IMG/VR virus record: IMGVR_UViG_3300003478_000003
Location: 1-64,000 of that record
Origin: an uncultured virus (IMG/VR IMGVR_UViG_3300003478_000003)
Lineage: Duplodnaviria; Heunggongvirae; Uroviricota; Caudoviricetes
DNA: 64,000 nt
Strand: one strand, 5' to 3'
Position numbers and translations under genes: made by a program. Under the pieces are notes generated by a model. That model saw only the letters and a list, made by a program, of their open reading frames with translations. It was not told where the DNA came from and searched no databases. Positions 1 to 9,643 of this stretch are shown here, one piece after another. The number at the start of each line of letters is the position of its first letter. Positions within the stretch are counted from its first letter, which is position 1.

Positions 1-2
1 GC

Positions 3-395
3 CTAACTGAGATATTCACAGGATAAAGCAAAATAACTCGCTTCATTAGGGATTTCGAATCCAACCTGCCACTCTATGTACCAAATCAGATCAAATAGTT
101 CGTCCTGTGTTAAACGTCCAGCACGTGGTTTAGATGTCTGTCTAATATATACTTGTTCATCTGTAGTTATTATTCGTTTTTGTATGCCGTAGCGTCCTTC
201 TAAATGTAAATATATCCATTGATTTATTCGTTCAATTTGTTTAATATGTGTTGCTAAAACAGGATTTGATGTTCGCGCGGCGTTCTTAGTGCTTTTATTG
301 AGAGCAATTTTAGTAAAATAAGGTGGAATCGTAGGAACAACCCGTTCGTCTGTGACGTTAAGTGGATTTATTGTTTGTGTTTTATAAAGACTCAT
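3..395 (-). CDS. hypothetical protein
   Basis: 130-aa ORF overlapping the upstream gene (ATGA coupling); no recognisable motif. Confidence 0.6.
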   Translation of the reverse strand: MSLYKTQTINPLNVTDERVVPTIPPYFTKIALNKSTKNAARTSNPVLATHIKQIERINQWIYLHLEGRYGIQKRIITTDEQVYIRQTSKPRAGRLTQDELFDLIWYIEWQVGFEIPNEASYFALSCEYLS

Positions 396-607
396 TCTTT
401 TGTTTTTATTACCATCAATTCTTTATAACCCAAAAAATTACTCTCTATAATTTCATAATCCTTGATTGTAGTAGAGTTATTTAGAGTCATTAATGATAAA
501 GATATTCCTATTATAATACCAACAAGAGTCATCACCAATAATTCGCCAGTTGACCAATTGGTATAGCGTAACGGGATATATAATTTTGTAAATAATCTTT
601 TACTCAT
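392..607 (-). CDS. small single-TM membrane protein
   Basis: Hydrophobic run LLVMTLVGIIIGISLSLM; coupled to neighbours. Confidence 0.6.
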   Translation of the reverse strand: MSKRLFTKLYIPLRYTNWSTGELLVMTLVGIIIGISLSLMTLNNSTTIKDYEIIESNFLGYKELMVIKTKE

Positions 608-834
608 CCGAAAATTAACCCTACTATGTATATAGTAAGAACACCAAAGTTTAATAGGAAAAGGCTAGGTTCTCGCCACATAATACTGGTTATGGTCCAT
701 AACCCGTTTGCTAACAGAAACACCCAAATGTATAATGGATGTATATTAAATGCCGCTAGTAAGGATCCAAATACTAATACGGAGGACGCAGTCCAAGCCA
801 TCCATTGATAAGGTTTACGTTCAACCGATGCCAC
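604..834 (-). CDS. small 3-TM membrane protein
   Basis: 76 aa with three hydrophobic helices; overlaps flanking genes. Confidence 0.65.
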   Translation of the reverse strand: MASVERKPYQWMAWTASSVLVFGSLLAAFNIHPLYIWVFLLANGLWTITSIMWREPSLFLLNFGVLTIYIVGLIFG

Positions 835-1567
835 GCCAGTATCTCGTTTTATCTAACTTCTGTAATGTTGACCAAGTATGTTCCCAATCTTCTATATGGT
901 AAACATAATCCCTATTAAAAGGATCAGGCATTTGGCGCCGCCATAACTCCTCTGCTAATGTATAATCATTCCCTGCCTCTTCCATTCTATCACCAAAAAA
1001 CGTAATAGGTATATTATCAAAATCACGTAGTATTTGTGACTTGTCCATACCAAGTTGTGCTATGTCTAAGCCAGTCTCGCCACCTACTGTTGCTTGCACC
1101 TCTGGCCACATATCATTAAATTGGTTTGCTATACAATAACGTTCGCGTGTTCTGCGATCATACTTTACATACTCTCTACGTTCTTCACTGTTGGCATTGC
1201 GTCCTACTATGCTAAAGTTAAGCATACCAGTGCGGTATTCAAAGTGATTGCCAGTGCGTAACGGAAAATTACTAACGGCTAAATGTGCCTCTAACCATTT
1301 CTCTTGCTCATCAGTTATCTTAAATTCATTATGAAATACTTCTGCACCGTTTTCCCACACACTACTACCCGAGCAGTTATAAACACGAGTAACAACATTA
1401 ATTATTTCCTCGCCAACCTGTTCAACTGTTTTAGGATAGTCACTGCCAGTAACTAGATATACATCGTGGCTTAAACAAAAATCTATAAACCATTCTGCAA
1501 ACTCTTCGTTTATTTTACTCCTGCTAGGAGTTAATGTTCCATCTACATCAAAAATAAATGCTCTCAT
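821..1567 (-). CDS. HAD-IIB phosphomannomutase (eukaryotic PMM-like)
   Basis: FDVDGTLT motif I, VTGSD motif II, GMLNFSIVGR cap, DKS and FFGD..GND motif IV. Confidence 0.8.
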   Translation of the reverse strand: MRAFIFDVDGTLTPSRSKINEEFAEWFIDFCLSHDVYLVTGSDYPKTVEQVGEEIINVVTRVYNCSGSSVWENGAEVFHNEFKITDEQEKWLEAHLAVSNFPLRTGNHFEYRTGMLNFSIVGRNANSEERREYVKYDRRTRERYCIANQFNDMWPEVQATVGGETGLDIAQLGMDKSQILRDFDNIPITFFGDRMEEAGNDYTLAEELWRRQMPDPFNRDYVYHIEDWEHTWSTLQKLDKTRYWRGIG

Positions 1568-2829
1568 TCAAATAACCTGTCAAATTGTGTTTGTGTATTC
1601 TTATCTGAAGAACTGTAAACCCATATAGGCTCCACAAAACAGTCCTGCATATGCTCTTTATCTCCACCCTCTTCATTTCTCGGACGTTGTTTCATCCGCA
1701 TACCAATTACTTCTTGTAATGGCATATTAAGTGTTTCCATATACTTTGTCATAGGGTCACATACTTTATGCCGTTTGTTTTTAATATTTGCGTCTATAAT
1801 ATTTACCGCAATGACGCCAGTATCAGGATTTATTACATCATTAATACGATCCAATGTCTCAAACAAATAGTCGCTTAACCAATCATAGAAATCGTTATAC
1901 TTAAACCAACTCTGGTTTTCCTCTGCAACACCTTCAGCATATCGTTCTGTGCTGTAATAAGGTGGACTGGTAAAGGCCAAATCATAATCCAAGTGTGGCC
2001 AATCCATTGTTTCACTGGCTCTGAGATATATTAGTACCTCTTTACTGCCTTTAAAATGGAAATAGTCATCACCTATTGTGTTTGTCCAAGTATTGCCTAA
2101 TGCTTCTTCATAAAATATACACTGAGAAATATAATTTTGGAACGTTTGTGGGTTAGGATCACATCCAACATAGGTGTGAGCATTGCTCGTCCAAAACCCT
2201 GCTAATCTATCTCCCCATCCACAACTGCTATCTAATATTGTTTTAGCATTGAACCTGTTATAGACATACTTCGCTACTGTAGGTTTAAATTGTGTAGCAA
2301 CATACGAACCAAGTCTAAATGCCTCTCGCCATTTTGTTTCATCAACAAACTTAACCATACCCTCACGCCAAAATGTCCAATTAAACTTGCGTAGTTTTTC
2401 TTCGTCCTGCCATACTGCTATTGGACTGGGATCTTTCCATCCATTACATCGTAGTCTGTTTTCCTGATGGAAATAGTTACTAATGTCATTGTAGTAATGA
2501 CTCAAATCAACTACATCCTTACAGTGCTGTTGCACCGAGTAGTCATAATCGTTAAACTTATCCGTAATGTCTGTAGTGTATCCGTATAGGAATTTATTGT
2601 GGTCACTACTTCTTAATTTCAGAAACTTATCCGTAACTGTTTGTTCTGTTATAACTTGTAATGGAAATGGTACTTCTTTCTCTATAATATATTTGGCAAG
2701 AGCGTCTATGGCTTCGCTCTTCTCAAATCTATTCTTAAAGTCTTCCCATTCATCCACAGTAAAAACGGGCAACCCACTAGGGGTCGCCCGCTCCTCCAAT
2801 ACCGATCTTACGTCGGTTTCAATTACCAT
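1564..2829 (-). CDS. DNA amino-methyltransferase (m4C/m6A type)
   Basis: SAM-binding ILDSSCGWGDRL followed by catalytic FTSPPY. Confidence 0.8.
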   Translation of the reverse strand: MVIETDVRSVLEERATPSGLPVFTVDEWEDFKNRFEKSEAIDALAKYIIEKEVPFPLQVITEQTVTDKFLKLRSSDHNKFLYGYTTDITDKFNDYDYSVQQHCKDVVDLSHYYNDISNYFHQENRLRCNGWKDPSPIAVWQDEEKLRKFNWTFWREGMVKFVDETKWREAFRLGSYVATQFKPTVAKYVYNRFNAKTILDSSCGWGDRLAGFWTSNAHTYVGCDPNPQTFQNYISQCIFYEEALGNTWTNTIGDDYFHFKGSKEVLIYLRASETMDWPHLDYDLAFTSPPYYSTERYAEGVAEENQSWFKYNDFYDWLSDYLFETLDRINDVINPDTGVIAVNIIDANIKNKRHKVCDPMTKYMETLNMPLQEVIGMRMKQRPRNEEGGDKEHMQDCFVEPIWVYSSSDKNTQTQFDRLFE

Positions 2830-4907
2830 GTCCCTTTATATACCGCCATGATTTTGGCATTGCCTTCATTACGGTAATGATTATAATCACTAGCATAACT
2901 CAACTGCAGATTGATTGTGCTAGATGTGCTACCTACCGTTGTTGTATAGGACATTGTATAGTCGATTTCTCGACCGTCTGGTGTCATGTCTGCTATCACG
3001 TCATTAAAGTGTAACGCACCACGCTCTATCCTGAGGGGTTGTGAAACACCAAATTTAACGGCTGAATCCTCATCAATGACGTAGTCAGCACTAACACCAA
3101 AACCCATAGCATGGAAGTCGTCCATGCCCTTAACATAACCATAACCAGCATCACCCTGCGCCAATGCGTAGGTCATGTTACCGGCTAAGGTCCAATCTTT
3201 GATACTCTTAGAGCGCCGAATATTAATGTATCTCGATTTGGTATCTGATACGTTAAGCAAACTCTGCCCCGGTGCCCATCCAAGTAGTGTGTTGTCAGTA
3301 GCGACTGTTATATCAGTAGCACCAAACGACATGCCTGCTACAAAGTCTTCTATTTGACCATATTCGTCAGGCTGTCCTATTCCAAAATTTAATGACATGT
3401 CCTTACCAAACTCTATTCCTTTGAACATAGTTGTGTCATCAAACGAGAAGCCAACGCTGTTGCTGTTAATAATGCTATGGTTCATAACACTTAACTGATC
3501 CTTAACAAAACTTAACTGCCAAAAGCGATCTCCACGGATTAAGTGATCATCTACCTTAACTTTAGGTTTATCTTTAGTTTTATCAGTAACGTTACCAGTC
3601 GATCCACCACTTCCTGGTGATATTAAAGTTCCAAAAGTACCGTCTTTATATACTACGATCCAATCTATTCTTTTATCACCATTAGCATGAGTAGGTAATA
3701 GATGTCCCTGCGTTCCTGCTTTAGGAATACCAGCAAAGATTGGAGTACCAAGTTGTTTAAATGTACCGTTACCATTGTTTAGCCAAATACCACCATGTGA
3801 TGATCCAACACCACCAGCATAGTTCTGATAATGATACACAACCAAATCCTTTTTCCCATCACCATTTACGTCTACTAAAGCAGGTGGATGTCCTCGTTTG
3901 CCACTAGCACTAGTGATACGAAAATGCTGTTTTAAATGTAATCCGCCACCATTAGTAGCATACACATCAATTGAGTTGGTCTCTCCACATCTATCTCCAC
4001 ACTCACTGTGCATTATAATATCGCCTTGATTGTGATACATTGCTCTAACGCCATTTCTCACAGGCCGCATGATATTTTGCATAGGAGTAAAATTCGTGCC
4101 ACCATTATTTTTATAAACTGTGACGCTACCTACAGGTCTTCCATTGTGTGCGCTGAAATAAGCACCGGACGCGACGATCATTTCAGGGTATCCATCACCA
4201 TCTAAATCCTTAAATGTACCAGCAAACGCACCGTCATTAGCGACATATCCACCTAAATCTACATATTCACCATTGCCAGGATGTCTTCCATAACCACCTG
4301 GTTTGAGACCATAATAAATCACAGTACCAGCACTAAAGCCAATAAGATCCAATTTGCCATCTTTGTTAACGTCAGCAATTGCCGAATTATGCCAATTAAA
4401 ACGTGGGCCTAATGCTGTATTCAATCCATTGAAAATAAGTGCTCTATAAACTCCACATTGGGCACCACATCCAGGATGTGGTTCTGTCACAGAACTACCA
4501 CCACCAAAACTATCTTTGCTTACACCACCACCAGGACCATTACCTAAAATAATAGGACCCTTAGCAATATAATCACCAGAGTATTCAGATGCTGTATTAC
4601 CAATCATAGCACCGGTCCTAGTAAACGTATAAGATCCATCAGGATTACTTAAAAATGCAATCCCTCTATTCCATGCTATCCCATTAAGGGCTTTTTGTGC
4701 GCCATGAGTGCTCGGCATTCCCATTACATCTAATCGCCCATCACCATTATAATCTCTTGCAAGAAAGTTATCATGGTCACTAACCATTAACCATGGAACG
4801 GTTCCATGACCTGCTTTAAATGAGTAACTGCTACTCAAACTTCCAGCGTTGGCTGACGATCCGACCATTGCCAAGGCAATCCCTATTGCCATAAAGTACT
4901 TCTTCAT
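2823..4907 (-). CDS. secreted FG-GAP/VCBS-repeat protein with autotransporter-like C-terminal beta-barrel
   Basis: Signal peptide MKKYF...ANA; repeated D-x-N/D-G-D-G-x-x-D motifs (DYNGDGRLD, DVNKDGKLD, DLDGDGYPE, DVNGDGKKD); amphipathic beta-rich C-terminus ending in W. Confidence 0.7.
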   Translation of the reverse strand: MKKYFMAIGIALAMVGSSANAGSLSSSYSFKAGHGTVPWLMVSDHDNFLARDYNGDGRLDVMGMPSTHGAQKALNGIAWNRGIAFLSNPDGSYTFTRTGAMIGNTASEYSGDYIAKGPIILGNGPGGGVSKDSFGGGSSVTEPHPGCGAQCGVYRALIFNGLNTALGPRFNWHNSAIADVNKDGKLDLIGFSAGTVIYYGLKPGGYGRHPGNGEYVDLGGYVANDGAFAGTFKDLDGDGYPEMIVASGAYFSAHNGRPVGSVTVYKNNGGTNFTPMQNIMRPVRNGVRAMYHNQGDIIMHSECGDRCGETNSIDVYATNGGGLHLKQHFRITSASGKRGHPPALVDVNGDGKKDLVVYHYQNYAGGVGSSHGGIWLNNGNGTFKQLGTPIFAGIPKAGTQGHLLPTHANGDKRIDWIVVYKDGTFGTLISPGSGGSTGNVTDKTKDKPKVKVDDHLIRGDRFWQLSFVKDQLSVMNHSIINSNSVGFSFDDTTMFKGIEFGKDMSLNFGIGQPDEYGQIEDFVAGMSFGATDITVATDNTLLGWAPGQSLLNVSDTKSRYINIRRSKSIKDWTLAGNMTYALAQGDAGYGYVKGMDDFHAMGFGVSADYVIDEDSAVKFGVSQPLRIERGALHFNDVIADMTPDGREIDYTMSYTTTVGSTSSTINLQLSYASDYNHYRNEGNAKIMAVYKGTW

Positions 4908-4928
4908 TTCCTTAACCTCTTTTTCTTG

Positions 4929-6218
4929 CTATGATATGTGAGTTTCGTAGTAAGCATGGGCACCAAACGGCGGTACCGGTGCTCCTTCAATGCGGTGAGT
5001 ATGTATTATAAAGCAAGTGTCACAATACCTCTCATCGCCCCACGAACCCCACGGGTAACCATCTGTAAACATAATTAACTTCTTCGGTTCGATGGCATTC
5101 TCTTTTAGATACTCAAATACTGCTTCAAAAGAAGTTCCACCACCACCAACTATTTCATAATTGTGTATATCAAATAAGTTGTCAACAGTAAAATCTGCTT
5201 CATTGTATATTTCAGTATCAAAGCAGAAGACCTTAATATTAAAGGTAGTGTAAGCATCCATAATGCCTTTGATCTCTGAAAGGAAATCACGCACCATGTC
5301 TTCGCTTATGCTACCACTAACATCAATGGCAACTACTATATCAATTGTCTCGTCTGGAACCATACCCGGCAACATAACGCCTGTATGCCACGCCTTACGA
5401 TTGGGTCGCATAAAACTAAAATCACTCTTGATAGTGCTCTTAATTTGTACGTCTATCAAGTCCCGCCAGTTCATTTTGGGCTCGGTTAATTCCTTTATCA
5501 TCCGAGCAACACCAGCAGGAATATTTCCAGCACCCGCCGTCTGTGCGGCACTGAGAATTGCTTCTTTCATTTCGTCCTTAATCTCTTTACGCTCTTGGTC
5601 GGAAAGGACTGGACGCTCACTACTGCCATCGCCATCATCACCACTATCACTGTCATCATCTCCGTCAAGGTGGTCGTCAAGGACTCTGTCGAGCAGATCA
5701 TCTATATCAATCTTCTCGGCGTTTTCGTATAAGTCATCATATACTTCTTCAAACGACTGTCCGTAGTATTTGGGGTCATGTATAATGGGAACCACATCAA
5801 TTGGCTCACCAATTTTGTGTATAATTAAATCACCATTTACGCAGTAGTCTGCGGCAATGTTTGATAACTGCCCATCACGTTCGCCCCTGCGGCCAATGTG
5901 ATCATATACTACGTGAAGGACTTCGTGCCCAAACAGAAACTCTATCTGCTTCGGCGTTAATTGTTTCAGGAACTTCGTGTTATAGTAAAACCTACGGCCA
6001 TCTGTAGCGGCGGTAGGCAACCATCTATCAGCATTTACGAGTGTTAGGCGTGTAGCCAAATTACCAAAAAACGGCTCTTTGAGCAACAACCCAATTCGTG
6101 CTGTAGTAAGGGACTCTCGAACCTCTGCATCAAGGTCCCAGTCAGTTTCAAACCCAATCTCTAAGAGTGGATTATTCGCTACTTTGCTGTCAGCAGTAGT
6201 TGAACTTGGGTTGGTCAT
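4929..6218 (-). CDS. metallopeptidase-like (HExxH) plus VWA domain protein, MoxR partner
   Basis: TAATDG, HEVLH, acidic linker, MIDAS DVSGS, GGGT, FTDG. Confidence 0.85.
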   Translation of the reverse strand: MTNPSSTTADSKVANNPLLEIGFETDWDLDAEVRESLTTARIGLLLKEPFFGNLATRLTLVNADRWLPTAATDGRRFYYNTKFLKQLTPKQIEFLFGHEVLHVVYDHIGRRGERDGQLSNIAADYCVNGDLIIHKIGEPIDVVPIIHDPKYYGQSFEEVYDDLYENAEKIDIDDLLDRVLDDHLDGDDDSDSGDDGDGSSERPVLSDQERKEIKDEMKEAILSAAQTAGAGNIPAGVARMIKELTEPKMNWRDLIDVQIKSTIKSDFSFMRPNRKAWHTGVMLPGMVPDETIDIVVAIDVSGSISEDMVRDFLSEIKGIMDAYTTFNIKVFCFDTEIYNEADFTVDNLFDIHNYEIVGGGGTSFEAVFEYLKENAIEPKKLIMFTDGYPWGSWGDERYCDTCFIIHTHRIEGAPVPPFGAHAYYETHIS

Positions 6219-6247
6219 ACGCTTATATTACCATTTAATATACTTAT

Positions 6248-6303
6248 ATTATAGCATTTTTTCATTGATCTGTCACGGAAAATAGTGCTGTAAGTCCTTG
6301 AAT
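6248..6303 (-). promoter_or_regulatory. sigma70 promoter with upstream IHF-like box
   Basis: GTGACA-N17-TATAAT with extended TG (minus strand); ATTCAA-GGAC-TTA at 6291-6303. Confidence 0.65.
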
Positions 6304-6355
6304 TGGCAGGCAGTACTCAAGCATTGCACCCTTTCCTGCCTGCCTCCCAAGTATC

Positions 6356-7483
6356 CTATCCTTCCATGGCCGAAATAACGTACTTACCAAATCGCTTATG
6401 AAACTCATCAAACGACTTGAGTTTTCCAGGTACTAGCGGTAGGTTGTAATTAGTAAGGGCCATCTTTGCACCCATTACCGTCACCTCTGTGAGGAAGTTA
6501 TCCATCATGAAGCGGAAGAAGTTGTCGCACATCGCATGCCACTCCTTACCAGGGTTCTGCTTTTTTCCCTTCTTGTAGGCGTCACGCAACTCGTAACACA
6601 TTGAGATGGTTAGCGAGTACATTGCAGACACCTCTTTTACTTCAAGTTTGGTCACCGTGCCGTCAAGTATATCTGACGGGTTAGGCAATTTGCCTGAATG
6701 CTTACGGTGAGCGTTAAACTTAACAGCCAACCCTTCACCAACAGTACCAGCAACCAAGTCTGTGATTTCGCTTTCCGTCATATCTGGGTCACCATCTTCT
6801 TCCTGAAGTAACTCACTCACAAACACCCAGGATCGCGGAGTGGCAAACGAGCGTTCGTTGCTACCCGGATCAAAATTGTAGAGATCGTTCTTTGAGAAGG
6901 TCAGGTAACCCAACACATCGGGATGAATCTGATGTTCAACCGCCCACTCCTGCCACGTATCAAAATCTGCGGCTACTTCAACGTGGACGAAACGGTTTGC
7001 CAACGGGGAGGGCATTCTGTAAGTGACACCACGGTCAGTCTCACGGTTCCCTGCCGCTACGATAACACAGTTATCGGGCAATTTGTAAGTACCAATTCGT
7101 CCGTTGAGCACCAACTGATATGCGGCCGCCTGCGTTGCCATCGGAGCAGAGTTTAACTCGTCCAAAAACAATATCACGATGTCGTGTTCTGCGGCCTGTG
7201 CTTCTGTGGGAAGATCCACAGGGTGTGCCCAGGACATCGTATTCGCGGCCTGGTTGTAATACGGAATACCACGCAAGTCGGTGGGTTCCATCAAAGCCAT
7301 ACGCAGGTCAATAAGCCAACCATTATTAAATGAGCCAGTAATCTGCTCCATAAGGTCACTCTTACCAATGCCCGGTGGCCCCCATACAAATATCGGTCGC
7401 TTCCGCTTCATCGCGCGACGAATTGACTTCTCTGCTTCGCGCAGGGTAACGGTGCGGACTTCAGCTTGTGCCGTCTGTGCCAT
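6356..7483 (-). CDS. MoxR-family AAA+ ATPase
   Basis: Walker A GPPGIGKS, Walker B LFLDE, AAGNR sensor, PLANRF arginine finger, TPRSW. Confidence 0.9.
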   Translation of the reverse strand: MAQTAQAEVRTVTLREAEKSIRRAMKRKRPIFVWGPPGIGKSDLMEQITGSFNNGWLIDLRMALMEPTDLRGIPYYNQAANTMSWAHPVDLPTEAQAAEHDIVILFLDELNSAPMATQAAAYQLVLNGRIGTYKLPDNCVIVAAGNRETDRGVTYRMPSPLANRFVHVEVAADFDTWQEWAVEHQIHPDVLGYLTFSKNDLYNFDPGSNERSFATPRSWVFVSELLQEEDGDPDMTESEITDLVAGTVGEGLAVKFNAHRKHSGKLPNPSDILDGTVTKLEVKEVSAMYSLTISMCYELRDAYKKGKKQNPGKEWHAMCDNFFRFMMDNFLTEVTVMGAKMALTNYNLPLVPGKLKSFDEFHKRFGKYVISAMEG

Positions 7484-7508
7484 AATGTTTACCTATATAT
7501 ACTTGGGT

Positions 7509-7919
7509 TTAAATTAAGCCTTTCCGTCCAGCGGAAGGGCCCTTGAGATAAATTGGGCCATACTCATTAATACGGTCAGCACCGACATCATCAGCATTTA
7601 TGTTGCCACGGACACCATTTTTCACGGGAGCCTTCCAACTACCCTTCAAAATGTCGCCATTTTCCATATTCACGAAACTGTGGACAGTCGTCTGTCCGTA
7701 CGCCACTTTGGTGTTCTCTTTGCCAACAACGGCAGGATCGCCAGTAACATAGTGGCGGTTCATACAAACGACTTTCGCGTATTTCTTGCCAAAAATGACG
7801 TCAACTTCTGGGGCAGGGCCAAACGTGTAGCCCATCACCTTCCAGTGGTTGTCGTTCATTTCCTGCACTACGTTGATATACTCGTAGATGCGGTCTGTTG
7901 TTTCTCGTTTTGGTATCAT
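7509..7919 (-). CDS. conserved early phage protein
   Basis: GKKYAKVV...VHSFVN..NGDILK..SWKAP pattern typical of phage early hypotheticals; directly downstream of an early promoter. Confidence 0.7.
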   Translation of the reverse strand: MIPKRETTDRIYEYINVVQEMNDNHWKVMGYTFGPAPEVDVIFGKKYAKVVCMNRHYVTGDPAVVGKENTKVAYGQTTVHSFVNMENGDILKGSWKAPVKNGVRGNINADDVGADRINEYGPIYLKGPSAGRKGLI

Positions 7920-7955
7920 ACTTGGGTTCCTATTGATTCCTTAACTTGTTCTACT

Positions 7956-8045
7956 ATTATAGCATATCGGCGTCAGAAGTCTACCTTTTTGGGTCGATAA
8001 GTGCTTGAAATCATTGATTTTTTCACATTTTTTAAGTCATTGATT
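7956..8045 (-). promoter_or_regulatory. early promoter module with two IHF-like boxes
   Basis: TAGACT-N16-TATAAT with extended TG; boxes at 7998 (TTTCAAGCACTTA) and 8033 (AATCAATGACTTA). Confidence 0.75.
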
Positions 8046-8132
8046 TCATTGAGTTTTTTTGCGTCGCAGTGTCAGATTAGAAGTCGCTTTCTAGATATGT
8101 GATTTTGACCCAGAAAATCAGTAAATATTATA

Positions 8133-8636
8133 ATGCTCCATAACATAGATTTCACTGTATATAGTCCTGATTATCGCTCATACGTGAGTATTATGATTAA
8201 TGAAGAAACTCTGTGGAGTGATGTTCTGACAGACAATGCCCCAACTCTACACCACGTAGAAATTGAGAAGGAATACCCTGAAAATGAAAAAAATAAGATA
8301 GTATTCAAATTTGAGCAATATCAAGCAGAGCATGAACCAGCTGTAAAATATTTAAAAATAAGGAATATTAAAATCAATTCTCAAAAAATATTTGTCAATG
8401 AAGGAGATTATACTCCTGCCCAAACTTTATGGATGAAAGAGCATGAACAAGAAATTACAGATAACTTAATTAATCATGGAGGTATTATGGGATGGTATGG
8501 CAAAATGTATTATAATTATAGAATACAATCTGAGTTACATTCTTCAAGAGTGAGTAAAAATAATATAAATGATTTAATGTTTGTGGAAAGAATAATTTTA
8601 CGTAATCCCAAATTGCAACGCAGGTATCATGCATGA
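8133..8636 (+). CDS. hypothetical protein (possibly related to the 42-44 kb beta-sandwich family)
   Basis: 167-aa ORF heading a plus-strand 3-gene island; LKIRNIKIN segment. Confidence 0.6.
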   Translation: MLHNIDFTVYSPDYRSYVSIMINEETLWSDVLTDNAPTLHHVEIEKEYPENEKNKIVFKFEQYQAEHEPAVKYLKIRNIKINSQKIFVNEGDYTPAQTLWMKEHEQEITDNLINHGGIMGWYGKMYYNYRIQSELHSSRVSKNNINDLMFVERIILRNPKLQRRYHA

Positions 8637-9643
8637 AATTACATGTCGATAATACATATTCTCAATTAAAAGAAGTGTTACTTGGTGATATTAGTTTTGA
8701 TTTTTTAAAGCATTTACCACCATACAAACAACATAAGGTAGAATATATATTAAAACAAACCCAAGATGATTTTTTAGATATACAATCTACATTAGAAGCA
8801 GAAGGGGTGAAAGTATACCGCCCATCAAATAAGTTAAAGTATGATAATGAAATACAAACTCCGTTATGGACAGAACTTGGATCACGTTACCCAATGGCAC
8901 CACGAGATATATTCTTAATAATAGGTGAGACTATTATTGAGTCAGCACCTATTTCCCGCTTTCGCTATTTTGAGCATTGGGCGTATAAAGATATAATGAT
9001 TGACTATTTCAAGAGTGGTGCAAAGTGGATATCGATGCCAAAGCCACTATTAGGAGAAGAATCATATCATATAGATACATCCATATACACCACAAATTAT
9101 GAACCTCTGCTAGAGAGCGCCAGTGTTATACAACACAATAACGATATTTTTGTTAGCACTCAAGTCACTTCAAACGAGTTAGGTATACGATGGCTACAAG
9201 ATATATTGGGAAATGAATACACAATCCATAAGATGGGTAAGCAGTTTATAGGACATTTAGATGCCCATATGTGTATTGTGCGTCCAGGATTAGTTGCCAC
9301 ATATCATTCTAAAAAAGATTTCCCAAAGTATTTTAAGGATTGGGAATTTATTAATCTAGGAACGAGTGATACAGAGATTAGTAAACAACAAGAATTTATT
9401 CATGATAATATACAAGATGATGATCATGAAAATACTAATTTACTTGTAAATCTTTTATCTATAAATGAGCATAAACTTTTACTATATGATCATCATAAAA
9501 ATAATAAAACACTATTACGGCAGTTTGATAAGTATAAAATAGAACCTGTTTTTATTCCCTTTAAATATTGTCATTTTTTCAATCAAGGGATAACTTGTAT
9601 TACTTTGGAGACACACAGAGATGCAACAAATATGGACTCATGA
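8633..9643 (+). CDS. arginine:amine amidinotransferase family protein (AGAT/StrB1-like), copy 1
   Basis: LKEVLLG, PRD, GHLDAH, NLLS, C-terminal GITCITL catalytic Cys. Confidence 0.8.
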   Translation: MKLHVDNTYSQLKEVLLGDISFDFLKHLPPYKQHKVEYILKQTQDDFLDIQSTLEAEGVKVYRPSNKLKYDNEIQTPLWTELGSRYPMAPRDIFLIIGETIIESAPISRFRYFEHWAYKDIMIDYFKSGAKWISMPKPLLGEESYHIDTSIYTTNYEPLLESASVIQHNNDIFVSTQVTSNELGIRWLQDILGNEYTIHKMGKQFIGHLDAHMCIVRPGLVATYHSKKDFPKYFKDWEFINLGTSDTEISKQQEFIHDNIQDDDHENTNLLVNLLSINEHKLLLYDHHKNNKTLLRQFDKYKIEPVFIPFKYCHFFNQGITCITLETHRDATNMDS

